Source: a virus (lineage: Duplodnaviria > Heunggongvirae > Uroviricota > Caudoviricetes). Taken from it: a stretch of 64,000 nucleotides of DNA. The notes beneath the pieces are model-generated. The model ran no database searches. It was not told the origin of the DNA and was given only the letters and a program-made list of their open reading frames with translations. Location: the IMG/VR virus record IMGVR_UViG_3300047476_000806; one strand, 5' to 3'. Below are positions 56,431-63,016 of the stretch, piece by piece (within the stretch, counting starts at the first letter, position 1; the number at the start of each line of letters is the position of its first letter). A program made the translations under genes and the position numbers.

Positions 56431-56682
56431 TTACTTGTCATATCTTGAGTTATATATATTATGGTGGTCATCATAATTTTTTCTATATTCAAACTCTTTA
56501 TCAGTCAAACAAAATTTACCTTGTTTTATTTCAGATAGATATTTTTTTAATCTTTTTTGTCTGTCATCAATTATAAATTTAGCCATACCTTGTTCTTGAA
56601 ACATATTTATTTGATTAATTGAATTTTTAATATCAAATAGTATTTCTTCTTTATATCGAAGAGGTTTCTTTTTATATTCCAT
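56431..56682 (-). CDS. hypothetical protein (83 aa)
   Basis: ORF. Confidence 0.3.
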   Translation of the reverse strand: MEYKKKPLRYKEEILFDIKNSINQINMFQEQGMAKFIIDDRQKRLKKYLSEIKQGKFCLTDKEFEYRKNYDDHHNIYNSRYDK

Positions 56683-56696
56683 TATAATATCTCACT

Positions 56697-56891
56697 CTAT
56701 AAAAACTCGTATTTAAAACACTTGACACATAATGCACCAAATGCAGGACCACTTATAGCACTGATAGTCTCTTTACAATTAGAACAATGAATGAAAGCTT
56801 GAGTATATATCATACCAGATTTAGGTTCAAGTATTTCTGTACCGTCAGTATAATATCCTATTACTTTATCTTTTTCAGTATTGACAGACAT
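56697..56891 (-). CDS. hypothetical zinc-ribbon protein (64 aa)
   Basis: CSNC...CVKC. Confidence 0.3.
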   Translation of the reverse strand: MSVNTEKDKVIGYYTDGTEILEPKSGMIYTQAFIHCSNCKETISAISGPAFGALCVKCFKYEFL

Positions 56892-56905
56892 ATTAATCTT
56901 TCAAT

Positions 56906-56984
56906 TGGTGGGCCCCGTGGGATTCGAACCCACTGTCTATCGGTTATGAGCCGATTGCTTATACCAGATTTAAGCTTGAGGCCC
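56906..56984 (-). tRNA. tRNA-Ile2(k2CAU) or tRNA-Met, anticodon CAT
   Basis: Hand-folded cloverleaf. Acceptor GGGCCTC/GGGGCCC with C4-G69 and C5-G68. Anticodon loop CTCATAA. T-loop TTCGAAT. CCA encoded. Confidence 0.7.
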
Positions 56985-56989
56985 GAATA

Positions 56990-57063
56990 TGGAGCGTCCT
57001 GCGGGAATCGAACCCGCCTCTTCAGCTTGGAAGGCTGTAATAATACCACTATACCAAGAACGC
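56990..57063 (-). tRNA. tRNA-Gly(TCC)
   Basis: Cloverleaf. Anticodon loop CTTCCAA. T arm GCGGG/TTCGATT/CCCGC. CCA encoded. Confidence 0.7.
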
Positions 57064-57340
57064 ATAACGGATGAAAAAGCAAGTAAAAGACGGGACAATG
57101 TACATTAGAAGGGCTATGCCACTAAACTCTAAGACAATCAACAAACCACAATAATCAAAACCTGCATATTAGTTAGAAACAAAACACAAAGTCGTCGTTT
57201 ATAATACTAACACACGCAGAACGATTTCAGGTCGTTTTGGATTTGGCGTCCATACTGGAGAGAAATTAATCTCATCTTAGTCAATTCTCATCTCTTTTTC
57301 ATGCCGAGTAGATTTTTTGAAGAAAACCTACCAGAAAAAC

Positions 57341-57907
57341 TTAAAGAATACCTGCTTTAGTTAGTGTTTCCACTACGTTATCAGGTAACTCAATCTCAGT
57401 CTTAATATTCAATTCAAGAATCTTATCTTGAATTTTTTGCTTCTCTTTTTTGAATGTAGAAACATTCTTTTTAGCAATAGAAATATTACCTTCAGTACAT
57501 ACGGTAGTAGTTACTTCATCGGCTCTACCATATACACTTCTAGTAGTATCTGTATTGTTTTTAATCTTATCAAGCTTACCTTCGACAATATTAATAGCTG
57601 TCGCTGGTGCTGAAGTTGCTATGTTTTGATGTAGATGAATAGTCTTTTCAATCAATGCAACATCACTTAACAAATCATTAATTTGATTTGCGTTTGCTTT
57701 ACCAACTAGTTTTCTAATCGTATACAAACTAACATACAAATCATTATTTACCTCAAAAGCTGTTAAATAATCTTTGTTTGCTTTATCAAACTTTTCAGAT
57801 ACATTTTCAAACTCATTGAATGTAACCATATTGTTTAGCTGATTATTCTTAATAGTATCAAGAATAGTTTGTTGTAATGCATTTGCTTTTCTAAGCGTAA
57901 TTTTCAT
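57341..57907 (-). CDS. hypothetical protein (188 aa)
   Basis: ORF inside the tRNA island. Confidence 0.4.
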   Translation of the reverse strand: MKITLRKANALQQTILDTIKNNQLNNMVTFNEFENVSEKFDKANKDYLTAFEVNNDLYVSLYTIRKLVGKANANQINDLLSDVALIEKTIHLHQNIATSAPATAINIVEGKLDKIKNNTDTTRSVYGRADEVTTTVCTEGNISIAKKNVSTFKKEKQKIQDKILELNIKTEIELPDNVVETLTKAGIL

Positions 57908-57915
57908 AATAACTC

Positions 57916-58101
57916 CTAATGTGCTAAAATCTTAAAGCACTTAAATTTAATAACTTTTGTTGTACCTGAAGCCATCTTCTTAGCTTCTTCACCTGCGGCA
58001 ACACATTCTTGTTGTGAAAAGAAACCTGGTACATTAGTTAATGCCATCGAATCAGTATCACTCATCATACCTGCATGTGCAAACAATAATAAAACCCACA
58101 T
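57916..58101 (-). CDS. hypothetical small protein with N-terminal hydrophobic segment (61 aa)
   Basis: MWVLLLFAHAGMMS. Confidence 0.3.
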   Translation of the reverse strand: MWVLLLFAHAGMMSDTDSMALTNVPGFFSQQECVAAGEEAKKMASGTTKVIKFKCFKILAH

Positions 58102-58123
58102 AATAAATCTCCAATAATAAGAA

Positions 58124-58199
58124 TGGTGTCCCCGGAGAGAATCGAACTCCCGTATAATGCTTTAGAAGAGCACTGCGTCATCCACTACGCTACGAGGAC
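58124..58199 (-). tRNA. tRNA-Arg(TCT)
   Basis: Canonical 76-nt cloverleaf. Anticodon loop CTTCTAA. A73. CCA encoded. Confidence 0.8.
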
Positions 58200-58234
58200 A
58201 TTTGAAAGCATATTACTATACTTTACTTTAAATG

Positions 58235-58795
58235 TCAAATATATCTACTATGTTTAGGTAGTTTAGACTTTAAGTATTCCATTTGGTCAGCAACTACGTT
58301 TCTATTCTGTAGAATAAAGTGTTCCCATCTACAAGGTCTGTAAGGTAAAAACAACAATAACATATTAGCTTCTTCAGGTGTTCTATCTGCTTTCTTAGAG
58401 TTACAGTGCTTACATGAAGACACTGAGTTTTCCCAAGCATTAGAACCACCACGACTTCTTGGATGTACGTGGTCTCTAGTCAAATCTTTTGATTCAAAGA
58501 ATAGTCCACAGTAAGCACATAAGTTATGGTCTCGTCTGAATAACAAAAAGTTACCGTGAGCATTCACAGTTTCTTTAGTATGCAATCTTCGAGTTTCACC
58601 TCTTACTGAGATGATAGACTTGATACTGATTTGAGATTGTAAACCATTCTTTTGATAGCCGCCATGAAACACTTGAAACTCAGTACCTAAGTCCCAAACA
58701 ACTTTATCTGAGGCGTAGTAATGCACCGCTTCTTCGGGCATCAGCCACTTGAAGGGATTACCTGCAATATCTAGTCCTAGTATACGTGCTTCCAT
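58235..58795 (-). CDS. HNH endonuclease
   Basis: CAYCG...LTRDHVHPRSRGGSNAWENSVSSCKHCNSKK is an HNH motif with Zn-binding cysteines. Confidence 0.65.
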   Translation of the reverse strand: MEARILGLDIAGNPFKWLMPEEAVHYYASDKVVWDLGTEFQVFHGGYQKNGLQSQISIKSIISVRGETRRLHTKETVNAHGNFLLFRRDHNLCAYCGLFFESKDLTRDHVHPRSRGGSNAWENSVSSCKHCNSKKADRTPEEANMLLLFLPYRPCRWEHFILQNRNVVADQMEYLKSKLPKHSRYI

Positions 58796-58845
58796 GATAG
58801 TCTCAAAAAAATAATTTAGATGTTATATGTATATATCTTTAAAAT

Positions 58846-58922
58846 TGGTGCGGAAGGAGGGAGTCGAACCCTCAAAACTCGGATTTTAAGTCCGATACGT
58901 ATGCCAATTCCGTCACATCCGC
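58846..58922 (-). tRNA. tRNA with anticodon TAA (Leu UUR decoding) but class-I architecture (5-nt variable region)
   Basis: Perfect 5-bp anticodon stem TCGGA/TCCGA with loop CTTAAAA. T arm GAGGG/TTCGACT/CCCTC. 3-bp D stem. A73. One T-T mismatch at 6:67. CCA encoded. 77 nt. Confidence 0.55.
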
Positions 58923-59001
58923 TTATTAAATTTAGAACGTTGCTGTTTCTGAACCCTAGTAGTAACAATAAAGTTAAAAAATTACAGCAACGCTCTAAAA
59001 C

Positions 59002-59078
59002 TGGTAGAAGTAGTGAGATTCGAACTCACGATAGGTTGCGTATGAAGCAACTGCATTAAGCCACTATGCTACACTTCT
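59002..59078 (-). tRNA. tRNA-Met(CAT) (elongator-type)
   Basis: Cloverleaf. Anticodon stem GTTGC/GCAAC, loop TTCATAC. T-loop TTCGAAT. CCA encoded. Confidence 0.7.
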
Positions 59079-59269
59079 GTTAAAACTTTTTGCTTCATAA
59101 ATTGGCAGTATGCTTTATAATCTTCATGCATTGCCTTTTGTATTAACTCATCAGTGCTTTTATAAAAAATATGTCCAACTAGTTTTAATCTAATAGACTC
59201 ATATAAACAGTCCATCTTCAATTCTTCAGATGGAGGATATTCTTTATAAAACTCTTCATAAGTTAACAT
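59069..59269 (-). CDS. hypothetical protein (66 aa)
   Basis: The real start is ATG at 59269 with an AAGGA RBS. The ORF-track start at 59290 runs into tRNA-His. Confidence 0.3.
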   Translation of the reverse strand: MLTYEEFYKEYPPSEELKMDCLYESIRLKLVGHIFYKSTDELIQKAMHEDYKAYCQFMKQKVLTEV

Positions 59270-59279
59270 AATAATCCTT

Positions 59280-59355
59280 TGGGGTGTCATACGAGATTTG
59301 AACTCGTGCTATAACATTCACAGTGTTAGGTGCTAACCACTACACTAATGACACC
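59280..59355 (-). tRNA. tRNA-His(GTG)
   Basis: Anticodon loop CTGTGAA. Discriminator C73. Encoded extra 5' G(-1). T-loop TTCAAAT. Confidence 0.8.
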
Positions 59356-59361
59356 ATTAAA

Positions 59362-59435
59362 TGGCTCCGGTGGAGGGAGTCGAACCCCCGCCAAGAGGTT
59401 TGGAGTCTCTTGTGCTACCGTAACACTTCACCGGA
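59362..59435 (-). tRNA. tRNA-Trp(CCA)
   Basis: Anticodon loop CTCCAAA, identical to E. coli tRNA-Trp. G73. Perfect acceptor TCCGGTG/CACCGGA. Confidence 0.75.
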
Positions 59436-59442
59436 ATAAAAC

Positions 59443-59519
59443 TGGAGGATAGAGTGAGATTCGAACTCACGAACCACTGCTTTGCAGGCAGGTACCTTAG
59501 ACCACTCGGTCATCTATCC
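59443..59519 (-). tRNA. tRNA-Cys(GCA)
   Basis: Anticodon loop CTGCAAA. Discriminator U73. T arm GTGAG/TTCGAAT/CTCAC. Confidence 0.75.
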
Positions 59520-59741
59520 TTAACAACAACCTGCATCTGGAAAAATAAATACTTTTTCTTCAGCAGAATCATCAGTATTATATTCAATAAATGTGTTAAT
59601 TTCTTCTTGTGCAAATGTAACACCTTCATTCTCTGCTAAAAACGTAGCATCAGCTAGATTATCAGCAACTACAACTAACCCGCCATCTGAATGGTAATTG
59701 TCAGTTAGATTAGCAATCCTTGTCCAAATAAAAACTTTCAT
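59520..59741 (-). CDS. hypothetical acidic protein (73 aa)
   Basis: ORF whose stop abuts the tRNA-Cys 5' end. Confidence 0.35.
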   Translation of the reverse strand: MKVFIWTRIANLTDNYHSDGGLVVVADNLADATFLAENEGVTFAQEEINTFIEYNTDDSAEEKVFIFPDAGCC

Positions 59742-59744
59742 AAT

Positions 59745-60161
59745 CTACTCCAATGGAAATAATTCTTTAAATTTTGCAGTCATTACATCAATTAAAACTG
59801 GATGACGATAATCGTAGTCATCTTCAATTTCTAAATTAATTACTTGTTTAAAATCAAAATCAAATGTCCAATTATCCATATCATTAAACATTTTGTTTTG
59901 CATTGTATTGATATGTAATTGTTGAATACTATCCATCACTAGAATAACATCAGCCCAAATAATCAAAGCTTCAGTCACAGGAATAATCGCATATTCTGCA
60001 CTAGTTCCTGCACATCTAGTATTGAAGTTCCATGGTTCTGAACTAAGAATATGTGCCGCTGTAGGACTTCTTAGACATCCTGCTGAACATACAGTCAATA
60101 CTTTCTTATGCTTTCCTTGATAAGCATTGAATATCACCCCAAGTTGGTTTCTTTTTAGCAT
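59745..60161 (-). CDS. low-molecular-weight protein tyrosine phosphatase / ArsC-fold protein
   Basis: P-loop VLTVCSAGCLRSPTAAHIL has the form C-x5-R-S. The start is uncertain, as the ORF overlaps the upstream ORF. Confidence 0.45.
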   Translation of the reverse strand: MLKRNQLGVIFNAYQGKHKKVLTVCSAGCLRSPTAAHILSSEPWNFNTRCAGTSAEYAIIPVTEALIIWADVILVMDSIQQLHINTMQNKMFNDMDNWTFDFDFKQVINLEIEDDYDYRHPVLIDVMTAKFKELFPLE

Positions 60162-60330
60162 TCTTACTTTCCTTAATAAAAATCTTTAGTGTTCTACCTT
60201 CATCTTGAAGACTAAACTCTAATGATTCTACATTCCAATTAGTATAACTACGACCTTTACCATCAATCACTTCAACTCTAGTGACATCATAATAAGGCTC
60301 TTCAAATCTATTAATATGCGGATTGGTCAT
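60106..60330 (-). CDS. hypothetical protein (74 aa)
   Basis: ORF. Confidence 0.3.
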   Translation of the reverse strand: MTNPHINRFEEPYYDVTRVEVIDGKGRSYTNWNVESLEFSLQDEGRTLKIFIKESKNAKKKPTWGDIQCLSRKA

Positions 60331-60883
60331 GGAATGTAAATCCTTTATTCTTAAATTTTTGTAATCGCCACTCTTTAATAAATTTGATATCAGTATTATA
60401 GATTAGCTTCTTATTCATACATGCGTCATACTGTTCTCGTGAGATAAACAACTTATCTTGCATCAACAAATAGTAAGGTTTGCAATGAACAAAGTCAAAA
60501 TGATTTCGAACATCATTAGGATGTCCTGCAAACGTGAAGATGAATGAGTCATCAGTCTTCATGGTAATCGCATTAGCGGTAATCATTTTACCATTATTAT
60601 CTGCGTGTTCCATGTAATTGATATTGACTTCTTTAATCTCATCATCATAATTCTTTTCTATGTGTTCTTTAAATGTTACGGCAGAATCTTGGTCATAGAA
60701 ATAAAAGTCCCAATCTTTAGGTATTTCGCCCCTTAATAGAGAACCGATTGCACCACCTGAAAGATACACGGCATCATTTTCATACAGCATTTTCCACCAA
60801 TCAAAATTCTTCAATGCTTCCATATGGAATTTAATGGTGTCTTTTACATCTTTAATTTTATTCTTTTCGTTTTCAGTAAACAT
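60311..60883 (-). CDS. Pol-beta-superfamily nucleotidyltransferase-like protein (190 aa)
   Basis: YLSGGAIGSLLRGEIPKDWDFYF matches the hG[GS]-x9-DxD nucleotidyltransferase motif. Confidence 0.4.
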   Translation of the reverse strand: MFTENEKNKIKDVKDTIKFHMEALKNFDWWKMLYENDAVYLSGGAIGSLLRGEIPKDWDFYFYDQDSAVTFKEHIEKNYDDEIKEVNINYMEHADNNGKMITANAITMKTDDSFIFTFAGHPNDVRNHFDFVHCKPYYLLMQDKLFISREQYDACMNKKLIYNTDIKFIKEWRLQKFKNKGFTFHDQSAY

Positions 60884-60945
60884 ACAATCACCTAATCATA
60901 ATATAAAATAATCATACATCAAAATTAATTTAATGTAAAGCATTA

Positions 60946-61021
60946 TTTGGTAGGACCCCTCGGAATCGAACCGAGTCCTCAGCGTCTTCAGCGCCACGTA
61001 CTGACCACATATACGTGAGTC
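60946..61021 (-). tRNA. tRNA-Phe(GAA)
   Basis: Cloverleaf. Anticodon loop CTGAAGA, with U33 and anticodon GAA. T arm CTCGG/TTCGATT/CCGAG. A73. Position 37 is G, which is atypical. Confidence 0.6.
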
Positions 61022-61023
61022 CT

Positions 61024-61099
61024 ATTGGTACTCGAAGAGAGAATCGAACTCTCATTTGACGATTATCGGTCGTCTGTTCTAAACCGTTGAACTATTCGA
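61024..61099 (-). tRNA. tRNA-Ile(GAT)
   Basis: Perfect D and anticodon stems. Anticodon loop CCGATAA (C33). T arm GAGAG/TTCGATT/CTCTC. Confidence 0.65.
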
Positions 61100-61102
61100 G
61101 CA

Positions 61103-61603
61103 TTAATAAACAACATTATAGCAACAATTAAGTACTACTCTCTCAATATTGCTATTCTTAACTTGTTCTACTTTATGATAATACCAAGGCATCATATTAA
61201 CAAAAATACATGTTCCATATTTTGGATATACTGTGAACACTTCTTCTTGAGCATTCTTGAAACTGATAGAACCACCAGTTTCTTCGTTCATATCATTAAA
61301 GTATACTAAAGCAAACAGATTCCAACCTTCTCTTAAATCGTTGTGCCAATCACAACTAGTTGGTTCTGTACCTTTCCATAATTCTGTTTTTCCAACATCT
61401 ACAGATTGAAACGACTTGTTTAATATTGTAACAAGCTTTTCATTAATAGATTTTATAGCGTTATCTAAATTGTCATCATCTTTAGGTTCATATACATTGT
61501 TTAAATGTTCGTCTTTCCATATGATTAATTTTAAATCAACATCCGATAACAACTCAGAAATGTCGATTTGATGATAACCTTTTTCTATTAAATCATTTAT
61601 CAT
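61103..61603 (-). CDS. 2OG-Fe(II) oxygenase-superfamily-like protein (166 aa)
   Basis: HxD (CDWHND) and a distal His (YYHKV) are spaced as in the double-stranded beta-helix oxygenases. Weak assignment. Confidence 0.35.
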   Translation of the reverse strand: MINDLIEKGYHQIDISELLSDVDLKLIIWKDEHLNNVYEPKDDDNLDNAIKSINEKLVTILNKSFQSVDVGKTELWKGTEPTSCDWHNDLREGWNLFALVYFNDMNEETGGSISFKNAQEEVFTVYPKYGTCIFVNMMPWYYHKVEQVKNSNIERVVLNCCYNVVY

Positions 61604-61616
61604 AATCTTCCTTTAT

Positions 61617-61692
61617 TGGACCCCTCTGCAAGAATCGAACTTGCATCATAACGTTCGTAGCGTTGTATTCTAATCCATTGAACTAAAAGGGG
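61617..61692 (-). tRNA. tRNA-Arg(ACG)
   Basis: Anticodon loop CTACGAA. T arm GCAAG/TTCGATT/CTTGC. CCA encoded. Confidence 0.7.
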
Positions 61693-61698
61693 TAAAAC

Positions 61699-61773
61699 TG
61701 GCGACTCGTGGGGGAATCGAACCCCCGTATCCTACTAGACAGGCAGGCATAATAACCATTATATCAACGAGTC
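61699..61773 (-). tRNA. tRNA-Asp(GTC)
   Basis: Anticodon loop CTGTCTA. G73. T arm GGGGG/TTCGATT/CCCCC. Perfect acceptor. Confidence 0.7.
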
Positions 61774-61823
61774 AAAAAACTTTCAAGCAATTGTTTTCAG
61801 CAATCGATGAAAGCCGTGTTACA

Positions 61824-61898
61824 TGGTGCCCCGTGACGGATTCGAACCGCCATAACCTGATTACAAAACAGGCATAATAGCCTTTATATGAACAGGGC
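61824..61898 (-). tRNA. tRNA-Thr(TGT)
   Basis: Anticodon loop TTTGTAA. T-loop TTCGAAT. CCA encoded. Confidence 0.7.
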
Positions 61899-61903
61899 AA
61901 AAC

Positions 61904-61979
61904 TGGTACTCAGTGAAGGAATCGAACCTTCCTAAGCTATCTTGTAAGGATAGTCTCTAGCCAATCGAGTCAACTGAGT
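61904..61979 (-). tRNA. tRNA-Val(TAC)
   Basis: Perfect anticodon stem CTATC/GATAG. Loop CTTACAA. U8. T arm GAAGG/TTCGATT/CCTTC. Confidence 0.7.
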
Positions 61980-61984
61980 ATAAT

Positions 61985-62059
61985 TGGTGGAATAGGCGAG
62001 ACTCGAACTCGCAACAGTCTGCTTGCAAAGCAGGTGAACTCCCATTGTTCTACTACCCC
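61985..62059 (-). tRNA. tRNA-Ala(TGC)
   Basis: Anticodon loop TTTGCAA. The acceptor stem carries the G3-U70 Ala identity pair. T-loop TTCGAGT. Confidence 0.75.
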
Positions 62060-62065
62060 AAAACT

Positions 62066-62140
62066 TGGTCTCTCAGGTAGGACTCGAACCTACATCGTCT
62101 ACGCCCCAAACGTAGTGACCAACCTCTGGCCCACTGAGAG
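62066..62140 (-). tRNA. tRNA-Pro(TGG)
   Basis: Perfect anticodon stem CTACG/CGTAG. Loop TTTGGGG with G37. Perfect acceptor CTCTCAG/CTGAGAG. Confidence 0.75.
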
Positions 62141-62147
62141 TTAAAAC

Positions 62148-62224
62148 TGGCTGTGTACCTAGGATTCGAACCTAGCGCATCTTGATTAACAGTCAAGCCT
62201 TCTCACCTAGAGAAGTCGTACACA
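62148..62224 (-). tRNA. tRNA-Asn(GTT)
   Basis: Perfect D stem CTTC/GAAG. Anticodon stem CTTGA/TCAAG. Loop CTGTTAA. G73. Confidence 0.75.
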
Positions 62225-62232
62225 ATAAAACT

Positions 62233-62309
62233 TGGTACCCTTAGAAGGATTCGAACCTTCAAATTTCTGTTTCTAAGACAGACTCCTTTACCAATTTGGA
62301 CATAAGGGC
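62233..62309 (-). tRNA. tRNA with anticodon TAG (Leu CUN decoding) but class-I architecture (5-nt variable region)
   Basis: Perfect anticodon stem TCTGT/ACAGA with loop CTTAGAA. T arm GAAGG/TTCGAAT/CCTTC. 3-bp D stem. A73. 77 nt. CCA encoded. Confidence 0.55.
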
Positions 62310-62317
62310 ATTAAACT

Positions 62318-62407
62318 TGGCGGAAGTTTAGGGAATCGAACCCTCGACGATTACTCGTTCCTACTGTTTAGCAAACAGTGCTAGTTTCCCTGACTAGATA
62401 AACTTCC
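62318..62407 (-). tRNA. tRNA-Ser(GCT), class II
   Basis: 90 nt. Anticodon stem ACTGT/ACAGT. Loop TTGCTAA. 17-nt variable arm. G73. Perfect acceptor GGAAGTT/AACTTCC. Confidence 0.75.
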
Positions 62408-62477
62408 ATATTGAGCGGTTTGCCGTACTCTCCTAACCTCGAATACATTATGTTACGGCTTTCTCTCAAACTAAAAC
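62408..62477 (-). pseudogene. tRNA-sized degenerate slot (possible tRNA remnant or small structured RNA)
   Basis: 70 nt between regularly spaced tRNAs. It has acceptor-like ends TTGAGAG/CGCTCAA (6 of 7 bp) and an internal GCCGTA...TACGGC stem. It lacks a canonical T-loop. Confidence 0.25.
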
Positions 62478-62568
62478 TGGCGGAGGGATGGCGGAATCGA
62501 ACCCCTGGCAATCTCTTGCTCGCTCTGCTTTCAAAACAGACGCACTATCCCCGAGTGCATAACCCTCC
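62478..62568 (-). tRNA. tRNA-Ser(TGA), class II (T stem imperfect)
   Basis: 91 nt. Anticodon stem TCTGT/GCAGA. Loop TTTGAAA. Long variable arm. G73. The T stem has a G-G mismatch and there is one acceptor mismatch. Confidence 0.55.
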
Positions 62569-62656
62569 ATTACTGATTTGTAGTCTAGGGAATCGAACCC
62601 TAATAAAATCTAGAATACGGTGTCAATCGACACTTATTAGTCCAACCCTACAAAAC
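62569..62656 (-). pseudogene. degenerate tRNA-like element (pseudo-tRNA)
   Basis: It has a canonical T arm TAGGG/TTCGATT/CCCTA and a GTGTC-GATT-GACAC hairpin. No 7-nt anticodon loop or paired acceptor stem could be built. No CCA. Confidence 0.3.
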
Positions 62657-62733
62657 TGGCAGCCGTGGTGAGATTCGAACTCACTATGTACTAGCTTCAA
62701 AGACTAGTGCACTTCCTGTCGTGCGTCACGGCA
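62657..62733 (-). tRNA. tRNA-Gln(TTG)
   Basis: Anticodon loop CTTTGAA. G73. Unpaired U1-U72, a Gln identity-like feature. Perfect D stem GCAC/GTGC. Confidence 0.7.
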
Positions 62734-62741
62734 ATAAATCT

Positions 62742-62816
62742 TGGTGGGAGCACAGGGACTCGAACCCTGAATGATTGATTAAAAGTCAACTGTGATAACC
62801 ATTTCACCATACTCCC
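62742..62816 (-). tRNA. tRNA-Lys(TTT)
   Basis: Anticodon loop CTTTTAA. T arm CAGGG/TTCGAGT/CCCTG. CCA encoded. Confidence 0.75.
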
Positions 62817-62858
62817 AAAACTTGGCTCGTTTTTATAGAGGTGAACACTCCTCATGTT

Positions 62859-62944
62859 TGGTGAGTGTTGTAGGATTCGAACCTACTAAGCACGAGGCAA
62901 CTGGGTTACAGCCAGCCGAGACACTCCAACGTCCCCGAACACTC
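62859..62944 (-). tRNA. tRNA-Tyr(GTA), class II
   Basis: 86 nt. Anticodon loop CTGTAAC. 13-nt variable arm. Perfect acceptor GAGTGTT/AACACTC. A73. Confidence 0.75.
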
Positions 62945-63016
62945 ATTAAACCATACAGAAGCATACTGAACGACCCCAGCAACTACGTTGAAGGCGCCGA
63001 ACAATACGCTTTTGTA
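62945..63016 (-). pseudogene. tRNA-sized element with a perfect 7-bp terminal stem (tRNA remnant or small RNA)
   Basis: 72 nt bounded by CCATACA...TGTATGG, which are perfectly complementary. It has an internal GGCGCC palindrome and no canonical T-loop. Confidence 0.25.

Noticed and set aside
56787-57082. ORFs 56787-57074 (+) and 56861-57082 (-) and other ORFs crossing the tRNA array (58820-59059, 59454-59639, 62411-62671, 62792-63052)
   Set aside because: They overlap canonical tRNA cloverleaves on the opposite or same strand. They start with TTG or GTG and are artefacts of the ORF-free tRNA sequence.
59069-59290. ORF-track start at 59290 for the 73-aa ORF
   Set aside because: The first 7 codons lie inside tRNA-His (CCA end at 59280). 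An internal ATG at 59269 with an AAGGA RBS is the plausible start.
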